In this document: positions 9,100-18,683 of the stretch, one piece after another
Layout: each line of letters opens with the position of its first letter
How positions within the stretch are numbered: the stretch's first letter is position 1
Source: a bacterium
GTDB lineage: Bacteria > Bacillota > Clostridia > Oscillospirales > CAG-272
Assembly (NCBI GenBank): GCA_963627065.1
Contig: CAVGAA010000002.1
Coordinates: 45,346-109,345, forward strand
Length of the DNA: 64,000 nucleotides
Reading direction: 5' to 3'
Translations under genes and position numbers: made by a program
Notes under the pieces: generated by a model
Database searches by the model: none
What the model saw: only the letters and a program-made list of their open reading frames with translations
What the model was told of the DNA's origin: nothing

Positions 9100-10476
9100 T
9101 TATGCAGTCGTTTTTATGTTGTCTACACTTTCCTTGCCGTTTTCATTCGCATCTAACGGAACATTTTTGAGCAGATCTTTGCGGTAAACATACTTGCAGT
9201 CACCGGTTTTGCGAATGCATTCGGGTGTAATTTCCACCTCCGCAATGTCACGGTGGGAGGGGACTTCGTACATCAGTTTCGTCATGGCATTTTCGAGAAT
9301 CGCACGCAAACCTCTCGCTCCCGTGTTGCGTTCAATCGCCATATCGGCGACCGTTTCGAGTGCTTCGGGCGAGAATTTCAGAACGACATCGTCCATTGCA
9401 AAGAGCTTTTCATACTGCTTTGTGAGCGAATTCTTCGGCTCGGTCAGAATTTTGATCAGTGCATTTCTATCGAGTTCGGAAAGCGACACAATCACCGGTA
9501 CACGTCCGACCAATTCGGGAATCAAGCCGAATTTGATAATATCGTGCGGAATGACATCCTTGAAAATTTCGGTCTTTTTCTTTTCGGCTTTTGTCTTGAT
9601 TTCTCCGCCGAAACCGATCGTTTGGTTGCCCTCACGCTTTTCGATAATCGAATCCAGACCGTCAAAAGCACCTCCGCAAATAAAGAGAATGTTTTTGGTG
9701 TTGATCTGAATAAATTCCTGATTCGGATGTTTTCTTCCGCCCTGCGGGGGAACATTCGAAACCGTGCCTTCGAGGATTTTCAGGAGTGCCTGCTGAACGC
9801 CCTCGCCCGATACGTCACGGGTGATAGAGCGATTTTCGCTCTTGCGTGCAATCTTGTCAATTTCGTCAATGTAAATAATGCCACGCTCCGCAAGTTCGAT
9901 ATCGTAGTCGGCTGCCTGAATCAAACGCAAAAGAATGTTTTCCACGTCTTCGCCGACACAGCCTGCCTCGGTCAAGGTGGTCGCATCGGCAATCGCAAAG
10001 GGAACTTTCATCGTGCGAGCCAAAGTTTGTGCCAGATAGGTTTTACCGACACCTGTCGGACCTAACAGAAGCACGTTGCTCTTTTGCAGTTCGACATCGT
10101 CCGCAGGCGTTTCCTGCACTGCGTTTTTCTTTTTGCCTTTTGCCGTCGAGGTCTTCGGAACGGAGAGAATCCGCTTGTAGTGATTGTAAACGGCAACCGA
10201 CAGAGCAATTTTTGCATCGTCCTGACCGATTACGTACCGGTCAAGCGTTTCTTTGATCTGTTGCGGACGGGGGAGTTCTTCGAGCGACAGTTTGCCGGAC
10301 GGCTTTTTTTTCGTCGAATATTCCTCCGAGATAGAGTCCACCAATTGGTTGCAGGCATCCACGCAATAGTTGCAGATGAAAACCGGATCGCTGGGTGAGG
10401 GGATGAGAAAATCGACCTGCTCTTCGCTTCTTCCGCAGAAAGAACAGTAATGCATACCTTTTTTTGTATTTGCCAT
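9100..10476 (-). CDS. clpX: ATP-dependent Clp protease ATP-binding subunit ClpX
   Basis: N-terminal zinc finger CSFCGR...CNYC, Walker A GPTGVGKT and IYIDEIDK. It lies downstream of clpP. Confidence 0.95.
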   Translation of the reverse strand: MANTKKGMHYCSFCGRSEEQVDFLIPSPSDPVFICNYCVDACNQLVDSISEEYSTKKKPSGKLSLEELPRPQQIKETLDRYVIGQDDAKIALSVAVYNHYKRILSVPKTSTAKGKKKNAVQETPADDVELQKSNVLLLGPTGVGKTYLAQTLARTMKVPFAIADATTLTEAGCVGEDVENILLRLIQAADYDIELAERGIIYIDEIDKIARKSENRSITRDVSGEGVQQALLKILEGTVSNVPPQGGRKHPNQEFIQINTKNILFICGGAFDGLDSIIEKREGNQTIGFGGEIKTKAEKKKTEIFKDVIPHDIIKFGLIPELVGRVPVIVSLSELDRNALIKILTEPKNSLTKQYEKLFAMDDVVLKFSPEALETVADMAIERNTGARGLRAILENAMTKLMYEVPSHRDIAEVEITPECIRKTGDCKYVYRKDLLKNVPLDANENGKESVDNIKTTA

Positions 10477-10499
10477 TCTGCCAAGGTCCTTTCGGGAGC

Positions 10500-11111
10500 T
10501 TATGCTCTCTTATCAATCACTTTGTCAATCAGACCGTACTCCATTGCTTCCTGAGCGGTCATATAATTGTCACGGTCGGTGTCATGTTCAATGACTTCGA
10601 GCGGTTTGCCGGAATTTTCGGCAAGAATCGTGTTCAGCGTTTTCTTCACACGTAGAATCTGCTCTGCCTGAATCTGAATGTCGGTTGCCTGACCTCTTGC
10701 ACCGCCCAAAGGCTGGTGAATCATAATCTCACTGTGCGGAAGGGCGAACCGCTTGCCTTTTGTACCGGACGAAAGCAGAAACGCACCCATGCTTGCCGCC
10801 ATACCGATACAAATGGTGGAAACGTCGCATTTGATGAACTGCATAGTGTCGTAAATTGCCATACCGGCACTGACCGAACCCCCGGGAGAGTTGATGTAAA
10901 AGGCAATGTCTTTGTCGGGATCCTGTGCTTCGAGAAAGAGCATCTGTGCCACAACCAAAGAAGCGGTGGTGTCGTTGACCTCATCTGCCAAAAATACGAT
11001 ACGGTCATTCAGCAAACGGGAAAAAATATCATAGGAACGTTCTCCGTGACCGGTTTGTTCCACAACCATGGGGACGAGTGCCGAACGTGTCAAATCTCTT
11101 GCATCAAGCAT
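10500..11111 (-). CDS. clpP: ATP-dependent Clp protease proteolytic subunit
   Basis: Motifs [19 protein letters not shown] and GMAASMGAF (active-site Ser). The start was trimmed to MLDARD. Confidence 0.95.
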   Translation of the reverse strand: MLDARDLTRSALVPMVVEQTGHGERSYDIFSRLLNDRIVFLADEVNDTTASLVVAQMLFLEAQDPDKDIAFYINSPGGSVSAGMAIYDTMQFIKCDVSTICIGMAASMGAFLLSSGTKGKRFALPHSEIMIHQPLGGARGQATDIQIQAEQILRVKKTLNTILAENSGKPLEVIEHDTDRDNYMTAQEAMEYGLIDKVIDKRA

Positions 11112-11210
11112 TGTATTGTTACCTTTCTTTTTTTGATAAAATGAACCGGAAACGTATTTTTGCTTCCGGTTCATGAAAAATCCGTTTTAACGGTTTAAGC
11201 CTTTCGGCGT

Positions 11211-12500
11211 TTAAGCATTCTTGACGACTGCTTTTTCCTTGACCAGATCCATTGCTTTCTTGACTTTCATATCTTCTGCAACGGAGTCGACCGGAACGGC
11301 CTTGCGGACATCCTCGACTTTCATCTGATAAGCATCTGCGATACGTTGAATTTCGCCGTCAATGTCCTCTTGCGTTGCCTCAATTTTTTCAAGTTCCGCA
11401 ATCTTTTCGAGAGCCAAACGCAGACGGACCTGCTTTTCTGCCTGCGGACGAAGTTGTTTCCGCAGACCGTCCAGATCTATACCGGTGTACTGGAAATAGG
11501 TTTTGAGATCCAGTCCCTGCATTCTCAAACGGTTGTCGTAATCTCTTACAAAGTTCTCTGTTTCGGCGACATACATAGTCTCCGGAATTTCGGCTTCGGT
11601 CTTTTCGATAATGGCGTCGAGAACTTTTTCTTCGAATTCGGAATCTGCCTCTTTCTCATGGCGTTCCGTAATCTTCTTCTTCACGTCTGCCTTGTAATCT
11701 GCAAATGTGTCGAATTCGGTGTAATCTTTTGCAAAATCGTCGTCAAGAGCCGGCAATTCGATGTGCTGAATCTTGTGAATGGTCGTCTTGAAGACTGCAG
11801 GCTTGCCTGCAAGTTCCTTTGCATGATAATCTTCGGGGAAGGTCACATTGACATCAAATGTTTCGTTCAAGGTGTGACCGACAATCTGCTCCTCATAGCC
11901 GGGGATGAAATTCTTTGAACCCAATTTGAGCGGGTAGTCACTGCCCTTACCGCCGTCGAACGGAACACCGTCGATAGAACCGTCGAAATCAATGGTGCAG
12001 ATGTCGCCCATAACGGCTTTTCCGCCTTCTTCAAGGTCGGTTTCACGGGAGTTACGCTCCTGCAGTCTGCCGATTTCCTCGTCAACTTCTTCGTCCGTGG
12101 TTTCGGCAACTTTCTTTTCGGCTTCGATCCCGAAATAGCCCTCGATTTTGACTTCCGGTTTGACCGCAACTTTTGCGGAGAAGACAACACCGTCGGTGTC
12201 GCTGACCGATACGACGTCGAAGTCGGGTTGACCGACAACATTGAGCTTGCTTTCTTTCAAAGCATCTTCATAAGCATCCGGCAGGACTGCATTGAAAGCA
12301 TCTTCGTAGAAATATCCCTTGCCGTACATTTTTTCAATTACCGAACGGGGAGCTTTTCCTTTGCGGAAGCCCGGGACGGTAATTTTGCCCGCATTTTTGT
12401 GGAAGGAGTCACTGACTGCCTTCGCAAACGTGTCCTTATCAACCGAAAACTGTAAGGTCCATTCGCCTACACCGGTCTTTTCGGATTTGATGAGATTCAT
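11211..12500 (-). CDS. tig: trigger factor
   Basis: Ribosome-binding motif GFRKGKAPR, an FKBP-like middle region, and the classic tig-clpP-clpX gene order. Confidence 0.93.
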   Translation of the reverse strand: MNLIKSEKTGVGEWTLQFSVDKDTFAKAVSDSFHKNAGKITVPGFRKGKAPRSVIEKMYGKGYFYEDAFNAVLPDAYEDALKESKLNVVGQPDFDVVSVSDTDGVVFSAKVAVKPEVKIEGYFGIEAEKKVAETTDEEVDEEIGRLQERNSRETDLEEGGKAVMGDICTIDFDGSIDGVPFDGGKGSDYPLKLGSKNFIPGYEEQIVGHTLNETFDVNVTFPEDYHAKELAGKPAVFKTTIHKIQHIELPALDDDFAKDYTEFDTFADYKADVKKKITERHEKEADSEFEEKVLDAIIEKTEAEIPETMYVAETENFVRDYDNRLRMQGLDLKTYFQYTGIDLDGLRKQLRPQAEKQVRLRLALEKIAELEKIEATQEDIDGEIQRIADAYQMKVEDVRKAVPVDSVAEDMKVKKAMDLVKEKAVVKNA

Positions 12501-12552
12501 ATCTTTTCCTCCAAACTTTATGATAGAAAATCAATTTTTGCATACAAAGTAT

Positions 12553-12581
12553 ATTATAATATTTTTTTTGCGATTTGTCAA
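12553..12581 (-). promoter_or_regulatory. promoter of tig
   Basis: On the minus strand: TTGACA (12581-12576), 17 nt, TATAAT (12558-12553). Confidence 0.55.
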
Positions 12582-12605
12582 GTGTTTTTTGAACTTTCTG
12601 CCATT

Positions 12606-13343
12606 TTACCGAAAAAAACTCTCAAAAACGGGCAAAGGTGTAAAATTCAGATAATCGGCGGCACAGTTTCGAAAGGTAATGCCCTCATATTCCCACGATG
12701 GCGGTGTCGTATAAGCCCCGTGAATGTGTCCGAACCAACAGTTTTTAATGCCGTAAGTATGCAGAACATCGAGAATTTCACGGCATACGAGATTGTTCCA
12801 GACCGGCGGAAAGTGCAGAAATACACCGATAGGGGCATCTTTCGCATCACCGACCTGCATCGCCCGAGCCGAGTCCAGACTGATTTTCAGACGAATGACC
12901 TCGCGGTTGACGATTTTTTTGTAATCGACCTCGCCGACCGTCTTTTGCTGGTCCTCATCGGGGAACCACCCCCGTGTACCGGCAACGAGAATGCCCTCCC
13001 GACAGTAAGCATTGTTGAAAAGCAATTTTAAGGACTTCGCACCGATCGATTGCCAAAAGGCTTCGGTTTTGCTCTGCGTCGACCACCAAAAATCGTGGTT
13101 GCCCTTTCCGATGAGTTTCTCCCCGGGGAGCGAGTCGAGAAAGCGAAAATCGTCCGCCGTGTCTTCGAGTTTCAATCCCCACGAAATATCCCCGGGGACG
13201 ATGACCGTGTCGGTCGGCTTTACAACCGCACACCAATTTTTTTGTATTTTTTCGGTATAGCCTGCCCATCTTGCCCCGAAAATTTCCATCGATTTGGAAC
13301 GGTCGGAGGACAGGTGTAAATCTGCCATGACGAATAGGGACAC
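12606..13343 (-). CDS. metallophosphoesterase
   Basis: Motifs DLHLS, GDISW and GNHDFWW...GHIHG are the calcineurin-like phosphoesterase signatures. A GTG start follows AAAGGAG. Confidence 0.75.
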   Translation of the reverse strand: MSLFVMADLHLSSDRSKSMEIFGARWAGYTEKIQKNWCAVVKPTDTVIVPGDISWGLKLEDTADDFRFLDSLPGEKLIGKGNHDFWWSTQSKTEAFWQSIGAKSLKLLFNNAYCREGILVAGTRGWFPDEDQQKTVGEVDYKKIVNREVIRLKISLDSARAMQVGDAKDAPIGVFLHFPPVWNNLVCREILDVLHTYGIKNCWFGHIHGAYTTPPSWEYEGITFRNCAADYLNFTPLPVFESFFR

Positions 13344-13363
13344 GGGAAACTCCTTTCGGGATT

Positions 13364-13412
13364 AGTGAAGATTAAATAGTGAAGAGTGAATAGTGAGGAG
13401 TGAATAAGTAAG
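13364..13412. repeat. heptanucleotide tandem array A (AGTGAAK-like, about 7 units)
   Basis: Units start in register at 13364, 13371 (degenerate), 13378, 13385, 13392, 13399 and 13406. Confidence 0.8.
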
Positions 13413-13467
13413 GTTGCATTTCGCAGGCGAAATGCTTCAATTTACTTCGTTTTATTTTCTTCTTTAC

Positions 13468-13502
13468 GCTAACTGCTAATTGCTAACTGCTAATTGCTAA
13501 TT
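13468..13502. repeat. heptanucleotide tandem array B (GCTAAYT x5)
   Basis: GCTAACT GCTAATT GCTAACT GCTAATT GCTAATT in perfect register. Confidence 0.9.
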
Positions 13503-13603
13503 GTTTTTTTACGGCTACGCAGACGAGCATCGCATCTCAATAAATGAGCGTACTCAGCCTAAAATCTGCTTATAATTTTATATTCAGCGGTTTTTTCTGG
13601 GGT

Positions 13604-13637
13604 GCGGGGACTTTTTTGCCGAAAAAAGAGTCCCCGC
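13604..13637 (-). terminator. hairpin downstream of thrC
   Basis: GCGGGGACT(C)TTTTTT / AAAAAAGTCCCCGC long stem with one bulge. There is no separate U-tract after it. Confidence 0.5.
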
Positions 13638-13656
13638 AAAACAATTATTTCTTCTC

Positions 13657-15165
13657 TTAATCGATAATAATCGGTTTCTTTTTTACGAAATCCAAGACGG
13701 CTTTCCGCATCTCGCCGGCATCGCAAACATCGGTAAAGCGGACCTCCCTTTTTGCAAGCCCTGCCAGCGGATAGGGGATTTTGACATTCGTCAGAACGGA
13801 AAGTTGGTCGAGTGCATCGAGGTCGGAGGTTGCAACCTCGTCGGTGAGAGCCTTGTAAACATTTGATGCAAATTTGAAGGGACTTGCGGTCGAATCGACC
13901 AGCATTACGCTTGTGTCACCACTGTCACGCATATACTGCTCCGCCGCATGAATTGCAACAGCCGTATGCGGATCGGCAAGGTAGTTGCCCTCTTTCCAAG
14001 TCTTGCGAATGGTCTTTGCGGTTTCCTCCTCACTCGTGTAGTAACCGATAAAGGTCTTGCGGATTTCACGGAGCGTGGCGGTGTCAATCTCATACCGACC
14101 GGTTTCTCTCAGACTGTTCATCCATGCAATCGTCTTCTCGGGACCGGCAATGAAATAGAGCAGACGTTCGAGGTTGCTCGAAATGAGAATGTCCATAGAG
14201 GGTGACATCGTCATCTTGAACGGACGGTTGCGGTCGTAAACGCCGGTATCGAGAAATTCGGTCAGAACGTTGTTTTCGTTGGAGGCACAAACCAGTTTTT
14301 CAATCGGCAGTCCCATGCATTTTGCAATGTATGCCGCAAAAATATTGCCGAAATTGCCGGTCGGCACGCAGACATTAAAGCGTTCGCCGGCTTTCAGACG
14401 ACCGGAATTGACAAGGTCACAGTAGGACGAAACATAGTAAACAACCTGCGGAACGAGTCTGCCCCAGTTGATCGAGTTCGCACTGGAAAAGATATAACCT
14501 CTCGTTCTTGCACGTGTGGTCATTTCGGGACTGTTGAGAATCGCCTTGACTCCGTTCTGTGCATCGTCGAAATTGCCCTTAATCGCACAGACATTGACGT
14601 TTGAACCCTGCTGGGTTGCCATTTGAAGTTTTTGGACACTGCTGACGCCGTCGGAAGGGTAAAAGACCATAATTCTGACACGGTCGACATCCCGATAGCC
14701 CTCGAGTGCCGCTTTGCCGGTGTCACCCGATGTGGCAACCAGAATGAGAGCATCCCTTTGCTCACCGGTTTTCACCAACGCACGGGAGAGCAACCTCGGC
14801 ATAATTTGCAGAGCCATATCTTTGAATGCGGCGGTCGGACCGTGCCAGAGTTCGAGGATTTCCATGGAACAGTCGGTTCGCAGACCGACCAGCGGTGCAA
14901 TTCCGCCGACAAAACTTTCACTGTTATATGCCGAACAGCAGTCCTGCAAGAGTTCTTCATGCGTGTAATCGGTCAGAAAACGGCCTAAAATATCGGCTGC
15001 CCGTTCGGGGTAATTCATTTTTCTGAGATTATCGACCGCCTCCCAATCCAATGTCGGGATGTTCTCGGGAACAAACAGACCGCCGTCGGTGGCAAGTCCT
15101 TCTTTAATCACTTCGGCAGATGTTTTCTTCGGGACTGCCGTGCTTCTTGTACTTTTGTATAACAT
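13657..15165 (-). CDS. thrC: threonine synthase (long, about 500-aa form)
   Basis: PLP-lysine region TAAFKDMALQ, N-terminus GLATDGGLFVP, and SGDTGKAA. Confidence 0.92.
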   Translation of the reverse strand: MLYKSTRSTAVPKKTSAEVIKEGLATDGGLFVPENIPTLDWEAVDNLRKMNYPERAADILGRFLTDYTHEELLQDCCSAYNSESFVGGIAPLVGLRTDCSMEILELWHGPTAAFKDMALQIMPRLLSRALVKTGEQRDALILVATSGDTGKAALEGYRDVDRVRIMVFYPSDGVSSVQKLQMATQQGSNVNVCAIKGNFDDAQNGVKAILNSPEMTTRARTRGYIFSSANSINWGRLVPQVVYYVSSYCDLVNSGRLKAGERFNVCVPTGNFGNIFAAYIAKCMGLPIEKLVCASNENNVLTEFLDTGVYDRNRPFKMTMSPSMDILISSNLERLLYFIAGPEKTIAWMNSLRETGRYEIDTATLREIRKTFIGYYTSEEETAKTIRKTWKEGNYLADPHTAVAIHAAEQYMRDSGDTSVMLVDSTASPFKFASNVYKALTDEVATSDLDALDQLSVLTNVKIPYPLAGLAKREVRFTDVCDAGEMRKAVLDFVKKKPIIID

Positions 15166-15192
15166 ATCGTAAAACTCCTTTCGGGGATTTCT

Positions 15193-16128
15193 TCAATTTC
15201 GGTTCAAAGCCGTGTGCAGAACACGGTAAGCGTTTTCGAAAAAGATTGCATTGACCAGATTTTCGGAACAATTGTGACGGAGGAAACATTCGGCAACATC
15301 CGGCAGATAAGACAGGTCTTTCAGATCGTCCGGCAGGTCCGCACCGTCCATGTCACCGCCGAGAGCAAGTGCCTTCTCGGCACCCAGCGAGAGCAGATAA
15401 TCGGCGTGGCGGTAGAGGTCCTCCACGGTCGCAGGATGATCTTTTGCCAAAAAGTTGACATAATCGTTCAAGCCGATAAGCCCGTGACAGTCGATGATTG
15501 CCTTAATCTGACCGTCCCGCAGGTTGCGGGAAACGGGGCAGATCGCATAAGCATTCGAATGCGATGCGATAACGGGACGACCGAATTCCGATGCAATGTC
15601 GAAAATTTCGTCGGCAGACTTGACCGATGCGTGCGAAATATCGGGAATCATACCGAGTTTCACGGCACGGCGGACGGCGGATTCGCCGAAATCGGTCAAG
15701 CCCTTGTCCGTATCGTGAGCCCCACCGATGCAGGTTTCTCCTGCCCAAAGGGGAGTGAAAACGCGGATGCCCATATCGTAAAGTTCGTCTACACGGTCAA
15801 TGTTTTTCTCCAAACCTCTTGCATCTTCAATGCCGAGCAGGAGCGAAACGCCGTTTCCCTTTTCGGGGCAGACATTCGAAATTTTCGCCGTGCCGTCTTT
15901 TACAGAGGAATCGTCACGCAGATTTTTCAGCATGGCACGCACCGACTGCCACGCATCGCTGTCGGAAAGTCGGTAGTCCGACCAAAATGCCATAACCTGC
16001 ACATACTGCCCGAACGGGGAGGCTTTTTTCAGGGAAATTGCAAAATTATTGTCGGCGAGCGGTTGCCCTTCGTTCAGCATTCTGTATGCCGTGTCGCAGT
16101 GTAAATCAAATAATGATAGTTTTTTCAT
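15193..16128 (-). CDS. dipeptidase (M19 membrane-dipeptidase family)
   Basis: The start was moved to MKKLSLFDLHCDT (the family's HxD motif). The ORF-track 5' extension overlaps yraN in another frame. Confidence 0.8.
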   Translation of the reverse strand: MKKLSLFDLHCDTAYRMLNEGQPLADNNFAISLKKASPFGQYVQVMAFWSDYRLSDSDAWQSVRAMLKNLRDDSSVKDGTAKISNVCPEKGNGVSLLLGIEDARGLEKNIDRVDELYDMGIRVFTPLWAGETCIGGAHDTDKGLTDFGESAVRRAVKLGMIPDISHASVKSADEIFDIASEFGRPVIASHSNAYAICPVSRNLRDGQIKAIIDCHGLIGLNDYVNFLAKDHPATVEDLYRHADYLLSLGAEKALALGGDMDGADLPDDLKDLSYLPDVAECFLRHNCSENLVNAIFFENAYRVLHTALNRN

Positions 16129-16135
16129 ACAGTCC

Positions 16136-16537
16136 TCAATAAGCACCGATGAGGTGGTGAATCTTTCGCACTTTCGGCTTTTTTCCGTGGACGGACGGTG
16201 CGAGCGAAACTTCCAGAACGTCCATTCGGGGCTTTTTTCCGGTCGGGTGATACCGCAAATATTCGCTTGCCGCCTGCCGTGTAAAGCATTGCTTGTCACG
16301 GTCGACCGCTTTGCGTGGGGGAGGAAGATTTTCAAAATCCTCGTCCGAGTAAATCCTCGTTTTGACCTCCACAAAGGCGATAATACCGAACCGCACGGCA
16401 ATGATGTCGATTTCTTTTTTGCCTGCGAACCAATTTCGTTCGACAATGCGGTAAAAGTGCCGTTTCAGATAACGGACGGCAAGATCTTCGCCGTAGTCAC
16501 CGGTTACTCGCTTACTTGTTTTCATTCTTTTCGTCAT
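16136..16537 (-). CDS. yraN: YraN-family (UPF0102) endonuclease-like protein
   Basis: [27 protein letters not shown]...AFVEVKTR is the UPF0102 signature. The start is ambiguous (16537 or 16525); both overlap the rnhB 3' end. Confidence 0.75.
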   Translation of the reverse strand: MTKRMKTSKRVTGDYGEDLAVRYLKRHFYRIVERNWFAGKKEIDIIAVRFGIIAFVEVKTRIYSDEDFENLPPPRKAVDRDKQCFTRQAASEYLRYHPTGKKPRMDVLEVSLAPSVHGKKPKVRKIHHLIGAY

Positions 16538-17132
16538 CCAGAAAGCGGATGAATTTTTTGCGGTGAATAGGGGACGGACCGTACTGCCGAAGTGCATCCA
16601 TGTGGGCTTTCGTGCCGTACCCTTTGTGCTTTGCGATGCCGTATTGCGGATAGAGTCTGTCGAGTTCCACGCAGGCACGGTCACGGGTGACCTTTGCCAG
16701 AATCGATGCCGCCGCAATTGAGGGACACAGTGCATCTCCGTGAATTATCGCACGGGCGGGGATTTGAAACTCTCTTGCGATATTTCCGTCAATAACGGCA
16801 AAATCTGCGGGAATCTGCAAGCCGTCAATCGCCCGTCGCATGGCAAGCAGGTCGGCTTCGAGAATATTCAACTCGTCAATTTCTTCCACACTCGCCTCGG
16901 CAATCGAATATGCGAGGGCATTTGCTTTGATCTCGTCAAAGAGCAAATCACGTTTTTTGGCGGAGAGTTTTTTGGAATCGTTCAACCCCTCCGGCACATA
17001 GCCCACCGGCAAAATGCAGGCAGCCGCCACGACAGACCCACAGAGCGGTCCACGCCCTGCCTCGTCGACACCGCACACGGCGGTATAGCCTTCGGCACGC
17101 AATTCGTCTTCAATTGTTTGTAACAGAGGCAT
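16512..17132 (-). CDS. rnhB: ribonuclease HII
   Basis: Motifs [10 protein letters not shown] and DSKKLS...HKGYGT. Confidence 0.92.
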   Translation of the reverse strand: MPLLQTIEDELRAEGYTAVCGVDEAGRGPLCGSVVAAACILPVGYVPEGLNDSKKLSAKKRDLLFDEIKANALAYSIAEASVEEIDELNILEADLLAMRRAIDGLQIPADFAVIDGNIAREFQIPARAIIHGDALCPSIAAASILAKVTRDRACVELDRLYPQYGIAKHKGYGTKAHMDALRQYGPSPIHRKKFIRFLDDEKNENK

Positions 17133-18015
17133 TTTTTATCGACTCCTTTTTCGGCTTTTCGATTCGGTCGAGCGTTAAATTTCCGATTTTCGCACCGCGG
17201 AATTCGTCGAGAAGGATCGAGGCGGTACGTTCGGTGTTAACCTCTCCTCCCGATACAAGACAGCCACGCTTGCGACCGACTGCCAGAAACAGTTCGTAAT
17301 CGGTCATATCGTCGGGTATTTCCGCAAGTTTATACCTTGCTTTGAACAGTTCGGGGTAAAGATTCCGCATCCGACGGCAAAGGAGCATTCCGAGTGCCTC
17401 GGGATCTAAAATATCATCCTTGATTGCTCCCGTGAGAGCCAAGTTTTCACCGACACGCTTTTCCTCGAATTTCGGCCAGAGAACCCCCGGCATATCGAGC
17501 AGGTCAAGCCCTATCTGCGTAGTCACCCATTGCTTGTCCCTCGTCACCCCGGGGCGGTCTTCGACTTTCGCTTTTCGGTTGCCGGACAGACGGTTGATGA
17601 GCGAGGATTTTCCGACATTCGGAATACCCACGACCATGGCACGCAAATGTTTGCCGGACATTCCTTTGCTTTCGTAACGGGCAATTTTTTCCGCCAGAAG
17701 ACTTTTCACGGCAGGGGCAATTTGGTTCAAGCCGTAACCGCTGACACAGTCGGTTAAAATGCAACGGGTATTTCCTTTTGAGAGATACGCCTGCCAGAGT
17801 TTGTTCTGTTCCGGATCTGCAATCGTTGCTTTGTTGAGCAGGACAAGACGGGGCTTGTCACCGCATAGTTTTGCAATTTCGGGATTGGCGGAGCTGTACG
17901 GAATTCTCGCATCCCGCAGTTCCAGAATCAAGTCTACGTTTTTGAGATTCTCCGAAATCATACGGCGGGTTTTCGCCATATGTCCGGGAAACCATTGAAT
18001 ATTTTCGGACGGCAT
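17110..18015 (-). CDS. rbgA: ribosome biogenesis GTPase A (YlqF/RbgA)
   Basis: [12 protein letters not shown], circularly permuted GTPase motifs (NKATIAD...GIPNVGKSS), and the conserved rbgA-rnhB order. Confidence 0.9.
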   Translation of the reverse strand: MPSENIQWFPGHMAKTRRMISENLKNVDLILELRDARIPYSSANPEIAKLCGDKPRLVLLNKATIADPEQNKLWQAYLSKGNTRCILTDCVSGYGLNQIAPAVKSLLAEKIARYESKGMSGKHLRAMVVGIPNVGKSSLINRLSGNRKAKVEDRPGVTRDKQWVTTQIGLDLLDMPGVLWPKFEEKRVGENLALTGAIKDDILDPEALGMLLCRRMRNLYPELFKARYKLAEIPDDMTDYELFLAVGRKRGCLVSGGEVNTERTASILLDEFRGAKIGNLTLDRIEKPKKESIKNASVTNN

Positions 18016-18026
18016 AAAAACCTCAC

Positions 18027-18683
18027 TCAGTCAAAGACCGTAAAAGGTTTGAGTCGCAGGACGACACGCCCCAAAACACACCGTTCGTCCACAAAACCGA
18101 CGTCGGGATTCCGGCTGTCTTTGGAATTGTTGCGGTTGTCGCCCATCACAAAGAGATATCCCTCGGGAACGGTGGTCGAAAAAATACCGGTTGCGCCGTC
18201 ATAATCGTATGTAAACAGATGGGTATTATACTTGCCGTTTTCAATGCCGGAAGAACGGTTTTTCAGAATCGAATGTTCGTCCTTATACACAACGCCGTCA
18301 ACGGTAATGACACCGGTGTTCGTGTCGACGGTCACCGTTTGACCGCCGACCGCAATCACACGCTTGACGAGCGTTTTTTCGAGATTTTTTTCGGGTTTCG
18401 TCAGGTGAAAAACGATAATATCGTCCTGCTTTGGTGTATAACCTGCACTCACGAGTAGAAGCCTTTCTCCGTCATGCAGGGTGTCTTCCATGGACTGCCC
18501 GTCCACCTCGCAAAGCCTTACACCGAACGTGAAAATAAGCAGAACCGCAAAGACCGACCAAGCGAACATTTCGACATAATCGAAGACTGTCGCACCGATC
18601 GATTTTTTCTTCTCCGTCGGAGCAGGTTCGGTAGGCGTTTCGGGCGTTTCGGGATTTACCGGCAAACCGTTTTCTTCATTCAT
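18027..18683 (-). CDS. lepB: signal peptidase I (bacterial P-type)
   Basis: An N-terminal TM segment, the SM catalytic-Ser box (GQSMEDTL), and [11 protein letters not shown]. Confidence 0.88.
   Translation of the reverse strand: MNEENGLPVNPETPETPTEPAPTEKKKSIGATVFDYVEMFAWSVFAVLLIFTFGVRLCEVDGQSMEDTLHDGERLLLVSAGYTPKQDDIIVFHLTKPEKNLEKTLVKRVIAVGGQTVTVDTNTGVITVDGVVYKDEHSILKNRSSGIENGKYNTHLFTYDYDGATGIFSTTVPEGYLFVMGDNRNNSKDSRNPDVGFVDERCVLGRVVLRLKPFTVFD

Noticed and set aside
13364-13502. The possibility that the tandem arrays are a CRISPR array.
   Set aside because: The units are 7 nt with no spacers. No cas genes are present and no 25-40-nt repeats.
16129-16446. The 106-codon N-terminal extension of the dipeptidase ORF (ORF track start 16446).
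   Set aside because: The extension overlaps yraN in another frame and looks non-protein-like. A proper family N-terminus (MKKLSLFDLHCDT) begins at 16128, right after the yraN stop.
18027-18683. The signal peptidase I gene as the dedicated SipW-type peptidase for the WFAxN proteins.
   Set aside because: It carries the bacterial P-type [11 protein letters not shown] box rather than ER/SipW-type features. It lies 39 kb away inside a housekeeping operon.
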